From: a virus
Lineage: Duplodnaviria; Caudoviricetes
Virus record (IMG/VR): IMGVR_UViG_3300012667_000289
Coordinates: 7,794-71,793 of that record
Reading direction: 5' to 3' (one strand)
DNA: 64,000 nt
Shown piece after piece: positions 38,159-48,529 of this stretch (its first letter is position 1; the number at the start of each line of letters is the position of its first letter). The notes under the pieces were generated by a model, which was not told the origin of the DNA, did not search any database, and saw only the letters and a program-made list of their open reading frames with translations. A program made the translations under genes and the position numbers.

Positions 38159-39352
38159 ATGCCAAGACTATCTTTATACCGCCCAGAAAAGGGCAACGAT
38201 TTTAAGTTCATTGATCGTGCAATCAACGAACAGTTTCAAGTGGGCGGAACTGACTGTATGGTTCACAAATATCTAGGTCCAATAGATCCAACAGCAGGCG
38301 ACAGCACTCCTGGCACTCCTGTTAATACAAATCCTATTCCAGAATTAGGAATACAAGATTTGATTTTAATGGAAAACCGAGACAGGCATTACGATCAAGA
38401 CATTTACAGGTTGCGCGGTGCTTACACAATGTTAGACAACGTGTTTAATCTAGCACAGTTTGGATTATTTCTAAACAACGATGAAATTATGATACATTTT
38501 CATCTGCGTAGCACCGTAGAAGCATTGGGCAGAAAGTTAATAGCAGGCGATGTTATTGAACTTCCGCATCAAAAGGACGAATATGCATTAGATGATTCGA
38601 TGGTTGCGTTGAAGAGATTTTATGTAATTTCCGAAGTCACTCGACCTAGCACTGGTTATAGCGTTACGTGGTATCCTCACTTGTTGCGTGCCAAATGCCA
38701 ACCCCTAGTTGATAGTCAAGAATACAAAGAAATTCTTGATGCAGCATCCGGCGATGGTGACAGAAGTCTTAGAGATATCATTAGTACATATAACAAAAAT
38801 ATCGAAATTAACGAAGCTATCATTGCACAGGCCGAAGCAGATGCACCAAAAAGTGGTTACGATACTCGTAGCTTCTATGTTATTCCTACTCGAGAATCCG
38901 GAATTGTTGACACAGCAGACGCAAGCGATAACATTAATACTGTAGACAGCGAAACTGCTGCACTTGATGCCAGTATGATTTTAAATAGCCCTAATAGAGA
39001 TTTTTATATTGGATATCTAACAGGAGATGGTGTTCCTCCGAACGGAGCTGCATTTACACAAGGCATCGAGTTTCCAACTCCGGGTGCTGTTGGCCAGTTT
39101 CACTTACGAACAGATTACTTCCCTAATAGACTGTTTCGATGGAATGGAAAACATTGGACAAAGTTCGAAGACAATGTTCGTATGACAATGACCAATAAAC
39201 CTAAAGATGGATATCCGGCAAATCGAGATCAAACAAGACAAACGCAAAAAACTGGATTTATCAATAACAATACTACTGCAACAATTGCGGGAGAAGTTGT
39301 TCCAGAACGCCAAGCACTAAGCAAGGCATTACGACCAAAGGCTGATAATTAA
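38159..39352 (+). CDS. Neck/head closure protein (gp14-like)
   Basis: DLILMENRDRHYD, LAQFGLF and GDVIELPH; divergent from gp13. Confidence 0.65.
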   Translation: MPRLSLYRPEKGNDFKFIDRAINEQFQVGGTDCMVHKYLGPIDPTAGDSTPGTPVNTNPIPELGIQDLILMENRDRHYDQDIYRLRGAYTMLDNVFNLAQFGLFLNNDEIMIHFHLRSTVEALGRKLIAGDVIELPHQKDEYALDDSMVALKRFYVISEVTRPSTGYSVTWYPHLLRAKCQPLVDSQEYKEILDAASGDGDRSLRDIISTYNKNIEINEAIIAQAEADAPKSGYDTRSFYVIPTRESGIVDTADASDNINTVDSETAALDASMILNSPNRDFYIGYLTGDGVPPNGAAFTQGIEFPTPGAVGQFHLRTDYFPNRLFRWNGKHWTKFEDNVRMTMTNKPKDGYPANRDQTRQTQKTGFINNNTTATIAGEVVPERQALSKALRPKADN

Positions 39353-39353
39353 T

Positions 39354-40778
39354 ATGGAATTCTTCTATGATGGGCAAATCAAACGTTACTTAACGCAGTT
39401 CATGCGTGCCATGAGTAATTTTTGTTATCAAGATTCAAAAGGGCAGTTAGTGCAAGTGCCCGTTAGATATGGCGACATGACAAGGCAAGTGGGCGCTATC
39501 TTAAATAAAAACTCTGAAAATATTTTACAGAGTGCACCGTTTATTGCCTGCTATATCAAAGATCTAAAATTTGATCGTAGTCGATTGCAAGATCCTACAT
39601 ATGTCAATAAAATGCACATACGAGAGCGTGCATACGACGAACAGGGTAATATGTATTTGAACACACAAGGTTCAAATTATACCGTTGAGCGATTAATGCC
39701 TACTCCATATCTGTTTACATTTAATGCAGACATATGGACTACAAACACTGATCAAAAGTTTCAATTATGGGAACAGATTACCATGCTGTTTAATCCCAGC
39801 TTGGAATTACAGATGACCGACAATTATCTCGACTGGACAAGTTTAAGTGTATTAGAATTGACTGAAGGTAGTGTTTTTGAATCTCGTGCCGTTCCTCAAG
39901 GATTAGGTAACGATATCAGCATCGCCACACTGCAATTTACTGCGCCTGCTTGGATTACTCCGCCTGCCAAAGTTAAAAAGTTAGGTATTATTACTAAGAT
40001 TATTACCAACGTATTTGCAGAAGCACCGGGATTTAGTAAAGATTCAGCCTCTGATATTGCAAACGGTGCTGATATATTTGGAGGTTTCAAACCTGATGCT
40101 AGGATAGTAGTAACACCCGGAGATTATGACTTATTGGTATTAAATAATACCGCAGTATTAGTACCGGGAGGTGCTGAAAATGTCGGAGAAGGCTGGGTTA
40201 ATACTGATAGTGTTGCCAATAAACCATCATGGTTAAACTTGTTAGATCAGTATCCAGGAAAGTTTACATCGGGATTAAGTCAAATAAGATTACAAAAACC
40301 AGATGGGCGAGAAATCGTATCCTATATTAGTCTAAATCCATTAGACGAAACACTGATGAATTTAACATTTGATCAAGATACTGTGCCCGCTAATACATTA
40401 ATTCCAGACTATTATAATGCGTTTAATAGGGGAACAATTGATGCAATTATTAATCCGTTAACATTTAATCCCCAATCAGTTGAAGGACAAAATGTTGATA
40501 GGCGATATTTAATATTAGAAGATGTAATTATTAATCAACAGGCAATCGATGGCCCAGATGGATGGAAAGGCCGAGAAGGCGAAACAATGGCGCACGCCAA
40601 TGATATTATTCAATGGGACGGAGTTCGCTGGTGGGTAATATTCGATTCCGCTAATGTTACAGAAACGACTTACATAACTAATGCTTATACAGGTATACAA
40701 TACAAATGGGATGGCACACAGTGGACCAAATCGTTCGAAGGTGTATACACTAATGAAAAGTGGCGTTTAATGTTATGA
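39354..40778 (+). CDS. Tail sheath stabiliser/terminator (gp15-like)
   Basis: FFYDGQIKRY, VPVRYG and QITMLFNPSL. Confidence 0.7.
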   Translation: MEFFYDGQIKRYLTQFMRAMSNFCYQDSKGQLVQVPVRYGDMTRQVGAILNKNSENILQSAPFIACYIKDLKFDRSRLQDPTYVNKMHIRERAYDEQGNMYLNTQGSNYTVERLMPTPYLFTFNADIWTTNTDQKFQLWEQITMLFNPSLELQMTDNYLDWTSLSVLELTEGSVFESRAVPQGLGNDISIATLQFTAPAWITPPAKVKKLGIITKIITNVFAEAPGFSKDSASDIANGADIFGGFKPDARIVVTPGDYDLLVLNNTAVLVPGGAENVGEGWVNTDSVANKPSWLNLLDQYPGKFTSGLSQIRLQKPDGREIVSYISLNPLDETLMNLTFDQDTVPANTLIPDYYNAFNRGTIDAIINPLTFNPQSVEGQNVDRRYLILEDVIINQQAIDGPDGWKGREGETMAHANDIIQWDGVRWWVIFDSANVTETTYITNAYTGIQYKWDGTQWTKSFEGVYTNEKWRLML

Positions 40779-41200
40779 AAGAAATAGTGTGTTCGGGAGG
40801 ATTATTTTTAGCTCGAGATACTGGTAGATTTTTGTTGTTGTGTAGAACACAGGCAAAAACTGCCGGCAATTGGGGCTTAGTCGGTGGCAAAAAAGAGCCA
40901 CACGACTTAACACCTTACGACACACTAATGAGAGAAGTTTCAGAAGAAGTTGGAAAAACTCCCACAATTAAAAAAGTTATCCCACTTGAATTATTCACAA
41001 GCAACGATCAATTATTTCAATATAACACCTATGTGTTATTAGTTGATCGCGAATTTATACCTACACTCAACAATGAGCATAGTGGTTATTCTTGGTGCGA
41101 ATTAGGAGCTTGGCCTAAGCCGTTGCACAGGGGTGTGCGGACTAGTCTTACAAATAGAATTATCAAGACTAAATTAGAAATTTTGTTAGAATTAATCTAA
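40775..41200 (+). CDS. NUDIX hydrolase
   Basis: GG.KE......TLMREVSEEVG Nudix box. Confidence 0.85.
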   Translation: MKEIVCSGGLFLARDTGRFLLLCRTQAKTAGNWGLVGGKKEPHDLTPYDTLMREVSEEVGKTPTIKKVIPLELFTSNDQLFQYNTYVLLVDREFIPTLNNEHSGYSWCELGAWPKPLHRGVRTSLTNRIIKTKLEILLELI

Positions 41201-41398
41201 CTTACCCCATTTGGTTTTATTCCATAATCGCTCATGTAAGTAATAGAGCAGTGTATTAGCGGTCAGTTGGATAACTGCAATTGTTCCAGCCATTGATAAG
41301 TTGTTTGATATCAAATAAGAAATCAAAAAAGTAGCACCCGACCCAGTAATACGCCAGGATACAGTTTTAACTATACTCCTGGCATTAGACTCACTCAA
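41192..41398 (-). CDS. DUF2061-like small membrane protein
   Basis: RSIVKTVSWR...YYLHERLW; TTG start overlapping the upstream stop. Confidence 0.7.
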   Translation of the reverse strand: MSESNARSIVKTVSWRITGSGATFLISYLISNNLSMAGTIAVIQLTANTLLYYLHERLWNKTKWGKLD

Positions 41399-42242
41399 TT
41401 CCCAGTTCCTTGCGAATCTTAGTAGCGCTGATAGAATGCGTTGCTTCGTCAAATACTTCTTTTTCAATTTTGTAGCCAACATCTCTGCCATATGTAATAT
41501 TAACAATATTAGGTACTACTTGAATTTCGTATTGGCCTTGATACAACGGATCTAAATCTCTGCGAATTAAATTTTTAACTTGATCGACTGCAAATGGATT
41601 ACTGTTGTTCCATCCTTGGCAGTCTCGAATTTGAATAACAACTTGTCCAGTTTTTGCAATAGCACGATCAAACAATGCTCTATGACCAGCATGCCAAGGT
41701 TGCCAACGGCCCAGCATCTGCACAGTTTCTTTCTGCCAATTAAATCTCGGGCGACGACGATTTTCTAAAATATGTGTGCCAATAAACTCAGCCCACTTGT
41801 CTGCATTTTGTTCAGTGACTCTAAAATCATAAACTTCAGGTGGAACAAATGCCTTGTTAGTGTCTTCAAATCTACCTTCGTCGATTGTGTCTACCCAGAT
41901 AGTCCAATCTGCTTTGAAGTTATTTCGTTGTTCTACTAAGGGTGCAACAAAATCGCAGATGACAAAATCTCCTGTGCATTTTAGTGCAAATTCTGCCATC
42001 CGCAAACTTTGACGAATACGGCCTTCTCTACTAAAATCCCAATCATTAAATCGCTTACGAATTTCGTCGGCATTGAACCAGTCTACTTTTGCTTGCCAAG
42101 AAGTCGGCGGCAGTTCCATATGTAGTAATTGTTCCATTGGCATGTGATTGGCATTAGAAAAATCTTCTAAATATTTCTTTAGTGCAGTTGCCAAATAAGT
42201 TTTACCCGAGCCAGGCAGGCCCATGATTAAGATTTTTTGCAT
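41391..42242 (-). CDS. Adenylylsulfate kinase-like domain fused to HxGH nucleotidyltransferase domain
   Basis: GLPGSGKT, FNADEIR and DFVAP (CysC-like); C-terminal GRWQPWHAGH. Confidence 0.8.
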   Translation of the reverse strand: MQKILIMGLPGSGKTYLATALKKYLEDFSNANHMPMEQLLHMELPPTSWQAKVDWFNADEIRKRFNDWDFSREGRIRQSLRMAEFALKCTGDFVICDFVAPLVEQRNNFKADWTIWVDTIDEGRFEDTNKAFVPPEVYDFRVTEQNADKWAEFIGTHILENRRRPRFNWQKETVQMLGRWQPWHAGHRALFDRAIAKTGQVVIQIRDCQGWNNSNPFAVDQVKNLIRRDLDPLYQGQYEIQVVPNIVNITYGRDVGYKIEKEVFDEATHSISATKIRKELGIE

Positions 42243-42244
42243 TT

Positions 42245-42541
42245 TTATCCGTTTAACAATTCTGTAACTCTTGCAATCAAGTCGGCATTATGCCATGTAT
42301 CGCGAACTGCATCATATGCATCGCCTTCCCAAACAGTAACTCCACGACGTCCAGAGCCTCGCGTTTCTGTGCGACCGTCTGGATATGTTTCGGTAGTAAA
42401 TGGACCTAATTCAATTTCTACTTGAACTCTGCGATTGCGAAGATCTTCTTGAATTTGCTGAATTGTGAATTCAGTTGTTACTCGGCGCTCGCTTAAAACG
42501 ATTTCAGTGTTTAACGATAATGTATCTACAATAGTTGTCAT
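42245..42541 (-). CDS. Hypothetical protein
   Basis: AAGGAG RBS, late promoter upstream. Confidence 0.75.
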   Translation of the reverse strand: MTTIVDTLSLNTEIVLSERRVTTEFTIQQIQEDLRNRRVQVEIELGPFTTETYPDGRTETRGSGRRGVTVWEGDAYDAVRDTWHNADLIARVTELLNG

Positions 42542-42576
42542 GTTTTTCTCCTTAATGAATACTATAACCTAATTAT

Positions 42577-43446
42577 TTATAGCTGTCTAGATAACACAGG
42601 TATTGATTTTTTAATAGAACTACCAGTAATCCATGTTAACTTATGTCGTTGATCAAAGTTTTGTTTCCAAAAACTCATAGGACTGTATCGATCCCATAAT
42701 TCTCCGGGCAATATACTACGACGATCTTGATATTCTACTTTTCTACGAACTGTATGCAATCCGGTAATCTTAGCTTGATTATCAAATTCGTCGTAACTGT
42801 CTTCTACATTGTCAAAATCGTGTTCGTACCAGGGTTCTTCTAAGAACTGATAAATCTGTTGCATCGCTGCCCTAGGATTTGCCACCAATGTGTCATATTC
42901 TACATAACAAATATGACCAATCTCATTCGAGAACATGCTTTGTTGCACATTGATTAATGGTCCATGAACATACCCACCAAAGTTAGGCATTTCGCCCATT
43001 AGTATTCTGCAACGATCATGCACATTGCCCAATTCTTGATGATGATACAGCGGTTTAATTGTGTAAGGATTTTTAGCATTTAATTGCTCAAAGCTATCTA
43101 AAATCCAAGGCACATCTCTAAGACAAACAATCATCTTAAAGTTAGAGAACAAATCCTTTAACAAACTTGTATCAGATGCCCAACCGCGATTAGTGTTAAA
43201 ACAAACTTCTCGATCATTTTTGTAAAAGCTATCGAACATATCTTTAATAAGTTCACGACGCTTTTCAATAGGAACCGCAGCATCCATACCTACAGCAGTA
43301 TTTGTATCGCGAATAATGCTGTGTGCATATGAGTGCAACGGATCACTAATTCCAGAAGTGAATCTAGGATTTTGTTTCAAGATAGAACTTAACAAGGTTG
43401 AGCCCGATCTCGGTAATCCTGAAATAAAATGATACGTTTTACTCAT
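42577..43446 (-). CDS. Sulfotransferase family protein
   Basis: FISGLPRSGSTLL PAPS-binding loop; CLRDV..ILDS. Confidence 0.8.
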   Translation of the reverse strand: MSKTYHFISGLPRSGSTLLSSILKQNPRFTSGISDPLHSYAHSIIRDTNTAVGMDAAVPIEKRRELIKDMFDSFYKNDREVCFNTNRGWASDTSLLKDLFSNFKMIVCLRDVPWILDSFEQLNAKNPYTIKPLYHHQELGNVHDRCRILMGEMPNFGGYVHGPLINVQQSMFSNEIGHICYVEYDTLVANPRAAMQQIYQFLEEPWYEHDFDNVEDSYDEFDNQAKITGLHTVRRKVEYQDRRSILPGELWDRYSPMSFWKQNFDQRHKLTWITGSSIKKSIPVLSRQL

Positions 43447-45140
43447 TAGTGCTTCTTAACAAGTTTACCAACTTCGGGCAAATACAAATATCGAATGTCA
43501 CTGTTAAACAGTGTAATCAAAGCATCAATTACAGACTCGACTAATGGTTGTCCAGCTAAGTTAAAACTTGTGTTGAACACTAACGGAACACCAGTTAGCT
43601 TATAAAACTCTTGAATCAAGTTATAGTAGTGTTCATTTTGTGTTGCATTGACCGTTTGAACTCTGCAGGTGTTATCTACATGAGTAACTGCCGGAATCTG
43701 TGCGATTTTGTCTGAACGAACATCTACCGCATACATCATAAAAGGACTTGACTCCATGCCTGCCATATCAAACCATTCATTTGCGTGTTCTTCTAAACAA
43801 GATCCTGCAAACGGACGGAACCATTCGCGCTGTTTGACACGATTAACAAAGTCTTTACCGTCAGGTCTACGAGGATCAAATAAAATACTTCGATTTCCCA
43901 ATGCACGCGGACCACCTTCTGCACGACCTTGAAACAATGATACAATGTTACCCTGTTCTATAAGTTGTGCAACATCTGCGGCTGTTACATCAACAATATC
44001 TGCATTTAGTTTTTGTTGTTTGATAAGAGATAACTGATTATAATCAGGTAGTGAACTTAGATAAACAGTTGTTAGTGGTGCAGGAGTGGTGTCTTGTGAA
44101 TACTGAAACCATGCATATCTTGCAAGACCAATAGCAGTACCACCATCGTGTGCAATCGGATCAATATAGAACTTTAAGTTAGGAAAACGCTTCACAAACT
44201 TGTAATTTGCCACACAATTTAGGCCAAAACCGCCTGAAATGACCACATTTGTTTCACCGGTAATATCAACAGCCTTTTGTATTAGATCATACATTTGTTC
44301 TTCGACAGCAGCTTGAACATGATATGCAAGATTCTTATCTACATCACGCACTAGATTAAAATCATTGTGCCATTCTTTAGGTTCAGTAAAACGTTTTAGA
44401 TAAGGATTACGATTTTCGTCAATTTTTGCACCGGCAGGATAAAGAGGCATCAACAGATTTTTATTGCCTTTGCCATTGATAAAAAATTCTGGAATATTTT
44501 CATCATACGATCCATAAGGTGCAAGCCCCATAGTTTTGCCAGCTTCGATGTATCCAAAACCTAAGTAGTCGCTAACTGCTTCATATGCTTTGGTAATAGT
44601 AACACTGTTGTCAAACTCTTGAATACCGTTATCATAATAGGCAGCATTGCCGTCTGCATAACGTTTGTAGACTGCATTAAACTCATGCGGATAATTGCAC
44701 TGATAGATTGTTTCAGTTTCAAATCCGCCTACGGTAAATTGATCATTTACTTGTTCTTGATGAAAAGCGCCGGCACCGTCTACAATAACAGCCACTGCTG
44801 TGTCAAATCCTGAACCGTAAAATGTGCTGGCTGCATGACCAAAGTGATGCAAGTGCCCCATCTTAGTAACTTTAACATTAGGATTGAATTTACGTGCAAG
44901 TGCAGTATATGCATCTTCTCCTGTCCAAGGCAATTGTGAAAGCTGATTAGTTGTTCCGCCAATAACAAGTTCGTCAACAACATGATTAATTAATACATGC
45001 AACATTGCACGGAAAGGATTACCGTCATATTTCATACGGCTCAGTCGTTCTTCTTCGGAGTAGTAGATAATTTCGCCGTCTACTACTAGTGCTGCCGAGC
45101 CGTTGTGGCCCGGATTAATTGCTAAAATGCTGTATGCCAT
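43446..45140 (-). CDS. Carbamoyltransferase (NodU/CmcH family)
   Basis: GHNGSA..EEERLSR.K, SGGFGLNCVAN, GPRALGNRS, KQREWFRPFA and NTSFNLAG. Confidence 0.92.
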   Translation of the reverse strand: MAYSILAINPGHNGSAALVVDGEIIYYSEEERLSRMKYDGNPFRAMLHVLINHVVDELVIGGTTNQLSQLPWTGEDAYTALARKFNPNVKVTKMGHLHHFGHAASTFYGSGFDTAVAVIVDGAGAFHQEQVNDQFTVGGFETETIYQCNYPHEFNAVYKRYADGNAAYYDNGIQEFDNSVTITKAYEAVSDYLGFGYIEAGKTMGLAPYGSYDENIPEFFINGKGNKNLLMPLYPAGAKIDENRNPYLKRFTEPKEWHNDFNLVRDVDKNLAYHVQAAVEEQMYDLIQKAVDITGETNVVISGGFGLNCVANYKFVKRFPNLKFYIDPIAHDGGTAIGLARYAWFQYSQDTTPAPLTTVYLSSLPDYNQLSLIKQQKLNADIVDVTAADVAQLIEQGNIVSLFQGRAEGGPRALGNRSILFDPRRPDGKDFVNRVKQREWFRPFAGSCLEEHANEWFDMAGMESSPFMMYAVDVRSDKIAQIPAVTHVDNTCRVQTVNATQNEHYYNLIQEFYKLTGVPLVFNTSFNLAGQPLVESVIDALITLFNSDIRYLYLPEVGKLVKKH

Positions 45141-46069
45141 TATTTTGTTTTTCTTTCAATATCTGCTACGATACTATTATAGATAGTATTCAATTCTACA
45201 TCACTAAAGTTCATTGCATTTTCGTTTAATCTGTTTGACAAGCTAACATCTAAGCCTGCAATTCGAATAGGACTGTATTTTCTAATCTTGCCCATATCAA
45301 TACAGTTAAAGTAATCTGGATAACTTGTGTTAATAGGGAATGTTGATCCAAAAATAACAGAACCAGGAGTGCCTACTGCACGAGCCAAGTGTTGTCCAAC
45401 TGAGTCACAACCAACAAAATAATCAGCTTCGGCTATCAATGCGCCCCATTGACGTAGATCACATGTGTATTTTTGAGCATACGTATCTTGTTTTAATTGA
45501 AATTCAGGTTCACCGAAGAATATCATATTGTATTTTTGCGACAACTTACGAACTAAAAACAGGTAATCTTTTTGTCCAAGACTGCGGCTTTCTTCGTCAA
45601 TAACTTGATCTCTGTCTAACTTTGCACCACGACCAAATGGTTGAAAGATAACAGTTTTTGGACGCTTCTGTATATTCTTCAAATCATTGATTGTATTTTC
45701 TGCAACCAGTTGTTCTTGTCTATTAAAAATCATAGACGGAACACCGAGATCGCTATGGTCTGTAGTATTGTTGATCTCGCGATCAAATGCCTGCACTAAA
45801 CTAATCTCTTGACGGAAATATGCCGGATTGCGATATGGTTCGGGTGTAATAATTACATCAGCATTCTTAACTACGTTGTCGAACACACCCTTAGTGTCCA
45901 AATTGTATGCACGATCTTGTAATTCAGGAATACCCCAAAGCAAAAAGTCCCATGCTCCGATTAATACTGCCCAATCTGTGTTAGGGTTTAATCTGTTGTA
46001 TTTGAGTAATGCTGGGATTGCTGCAACTACTCTACCGGCTCCGCCGTCGATCCAAAATATTTTTTTCAT
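45140..46069 (-). CDS. GT9-like glycosyltransferase
   Basis: FVGCDSVGQHLARAVGTPGSVIFGST. Confidence 0.7.
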   Translation of the reverse strand: MKKIFWIDGGAGRVVAAIPALLKYNRLNPNTDWAVLIGAWDFLLWGIPELQDRAYNLDTKGVFDNVVKNADVIITPEPYRNPAYFRQEISLVQAFDREINNTTDHSDLGVPSMIFNRQEQLVAENTINDLKNIQKRPKTVIFQPFGRGAKLDRDQVIDEESRSLGQKDYLFLVRKLSQKYNMIFFGEPEFQLKQDTYAQKYTCDLRQWGALIAEADYFVGCDSVGQHLARAVGTPGSVIFGSTFPINTSYPDYFNCIDMGKIRKYSPIRIAGLDVSLSNRLNENAMNFSDVELNTIYNSIVADIERKTK

Positions 46070-46128
46070 AAGTGTCCTCTGCTGATATTTAACTGCTACT
46101 TTAATGGTGTCGTTAATATATTGACTTA

Positions 46129-47019
46129 CTATAACACACTACTTCTGATTTGTAAAACTTTTTTAATTAAATCAGTGTAATTATTTTTAATAAAGTATTC
46201 TTGTAGACTATACTTTTCTATTACGGGTATAGCATTTCCGCCTGATAGCAATAAGTTTGCCCATTCTTCTCCCCACTTGTTTGAAAAATGTTGAAAGTAT
46301 TGCTGGTCTCTTGCCTGTGTTTGTTGCTGAGTTTCTGCACCATCCCAGGTTGACTTGCCGTGATAATGTAGTAGGTAAGATTGACTTGCATACTTTACAG
46401 AAAATCCTGCTGCGACAGCACGCATTCTATAGTCAACATCTTCGCCGCCGCCTGGGCCGTATTCTTCGTCAAATACGCCAACTTTGTCAATAATTGCCGC
46501 AGGAATTCTAAATGCATAAAAAGGCATTAGATGTTGTTCAAAAAATCCCACACGAGATTGTTGCCTATGTTGTCTTACACAGTCAGCTAATGCCAAATGG
46601 TTATTATTGTAATCAGTAAGATACATTGATCTTTCTAACTTTAATGATTTGTCAGTGCTTGTATACAAATGCGTTTGATTACAAGATGGCAATAAAATCA
46701 AGTTGTTATATTGTTTAAGCGGCTCACTCCATCCTGCCGTAAATTCGATATCATTACTCAGTATGACAATATCTCGACCCTGTGCGTATGCAATAGCATC
46801 ATTAATATTTTTTGCAAAACTTTGAGGTGTTGCATTTTCAATAACATGCAACGGTTTGCCTATATGATTACCGGTATGATCATTGTCGATTAACAATGCA
46901 TTATCATGTATTCCTAATTTGGTATGTTTTAAAAAACTTTCAATTGCAGGACTAGTATAATGATCAGAAGCAGACGACGAAATCATCGCATACAATGTCC
47001 CGCTCACTTTTTTCTCCAA
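46129..47019 (-). CDS. GT2-like glycosyltransferase
   Basis: LSNDIEF, VGVFDEEY..GEDVDY..R; start uncertain. Confidence 0.75.
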   Translation of the reverse strand: MEKKVSGTLYAMISSSASDHYTSPAIESFLKHTKLGIHDNALLIDNDHTGNHIGKPLHVIENATPQSFAKNINDAIAYAQGRDIVILSNDIEFTAGWSEPLKQYNNLILLPSCNQTHLYTSTDKSLKLERSMYLTDYNNNHLALADCVRQHRQQSRVGFFEQHLMPFYAFRIPAAIIDKVGVFDEEYGPGGGEDVDYRMRAVAAGFSVKYASQSYLLHYHGKSTWDGAETQQQTQARDQQYFQHFSNKWGEEWANLLLSGGNAIPVIEKYSLQEYFIKNNYTDLIKKVLQIRSSVL

Positions 47020-47804
47020 AATTCGAGATGCATATTTCTATATAAATTAGTCAGTTCTCTGCCAATAACTTCTTCAGGGGGAGGACTTGCTTTTTTCAGG
47101 GTAGGTCTAACATCATGCAGCCCAACAAGTCCGCCGTGGAATCCGTCGTTTTCGTCCATCGGCTGCAAGTTATTTGTATTCAACGTAAAACTATCAATGC
47201 CAATAAAATTGCAAATTTTATCAATTGTAGCCTGTCCATTGCCTACAATATCAGTGTATTCTAAAAACAACATATCAACATTGCCTGCATTAATACCGAT
47301 ACGCAAACTATTGTAAGGATGTGTAATATATTTTTCCCACAAGATCTTACAGCGATTTTTTGTATTGATGGGTAATCCTAAATCAATTAAGTCTTGATCA
47401 ATGTAAGTAACTCTGTCATTATTTTTTTCAATCAGCAAACAATAAGATGCCAAAATATCAGGGATACTGCGAACAGTGCAAATAATTCTAGGATTAAACC
47501 CAAATGCCTGCTGTGCAATATCACCATATCGCGGCCATAGTCTATTTTTATCAACAATAGTAGACTTGTCGATGTGTTTGTAAGCACCATCTATTGTGCC
47601 CAATAGGATATTACTATATTGCTTAGGATCGGGATCAATCAATGCTCGACTAAGGTTAGGCCATTGTTCTCCAATAAGACCTACTAAATCAGCAACTGGA
47701 CTTGTTGTAGATGCATAGATATCCGGATGTTGATTTAACATCGAGCTTAATACTTGACTTCCGGATCTAGGAAGTCCAGAAAGCATTACAAAGTTCTTAT
47801 TCAT
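47004..47804 (-). CDS. Sulfotransferase family protein (second copy)
   Basis: LSGLPRSGSQVL motif; paralogous to 42577-43446. Confidence 0.8.
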   Translation of the reverse strand: MNKNFVMLSGLPRSGSQVLSSMLNQHPDIYASTTSPVADLVGLIGEQWPNLSRALIDPDPKQYSNILLGTIDGAYKHIDKSTIVDKNRLWPRYGDIAQQAFGFNPRIICTVRSIPDILASYCLLIEKNNDRVTYIDQDLIDLGLPINTKNRCKILWEKYITHPYNSLRIGINAGNVDMLFLEYTDIVGNGQATIDKICNFIGIDSFTLNTNNLQPMDENDGFHGGLVGLHDVRPTLKKASPPPEEVIGRELTNLYRNMHLEFWRKK

Positions 47805-48529
47805 AGTTGTCTACGAGGTAGTGTTGGAATACGAGCAGCAGCCGGAGGTACAATTGCAGGAGCACCAACTGTTAATTTCATACCATTTTTATACCAAGCA
47901 GAGAAGTCGCCCTGAAACTTGTAAGGGCCAATATGACTGCATGTCATAGAAGGATCTAACCAAATTTTAAATCCACCGTCGATAAGTTTTTGTAATGCAT
48001 AAATGTCTTCGCTCATTAGGTCATTGTCCGTGATAATAACATCAAATATCATTCTGCGTTCTTTGTTATCTTTCTTATCAATATAAGATTTGCTAGTATC
48101 CCAAAGATATTGCATTGCCTTACGATTCATACGCAAAAATCCGGTACCTAACCCTTGAACTTCGACGAGGCCTGTAGAGGGATCTGTATTATTTTTAGTC
48201 AATTGTCGAATAACATATTCTTCTCGATCGCCTTTTTTTCGATAAGTTCCGCCCACAACATCAACTGGATGATCGAGTAGTTTAAAGAACCATTCAGGTT
48301 GCCACTCGATATCACTGTCGATCCAAATAAGATCGTCAAATCCACCTTCTAATGCTAACTGAATAGTGTCATTGCGTGCACGTTGAATTAGTGCATCGAA
48401 GCTAACCCACATCGGTGTAATTTCTACATCGTGTGTGTAGCTCAGTTTAACAGTGTTAATTAAACTGTTAGTATACCAAACATCTAATCTGCCGTCGTAA
48501 CACGGCGTTCCTATTATTACTTTACGCAT
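47801..48529 (-). CDS. GT-A-like glycosyltransferase
   Basis: IGTPCY, WIDSDIEW, GTGFL and SEDIY. Confidence 0.7.
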   Translation of the reverse strand: MRKVIIGTPCYDGRLDVWYTNSLINTVKLSYTHDVEITPMWVSFDALIQRARNDTIQLALEGGFDDLIWIDSDIEWQPEWFFKLLDHPVDVVGGTYRKKGDREEYVIRQLTKNNTDPSTGLVEVQGLGTGFLRMNRKAMQYLWDTSKSYIDKKDNKERRMIFDVIITDNDLMSEDIYALQKLIDGGFKIWLDPSMTCSHIGPYKFQGDFSAWYKNGMKLTVGAPAIVPPAAARIPTLPRRQL

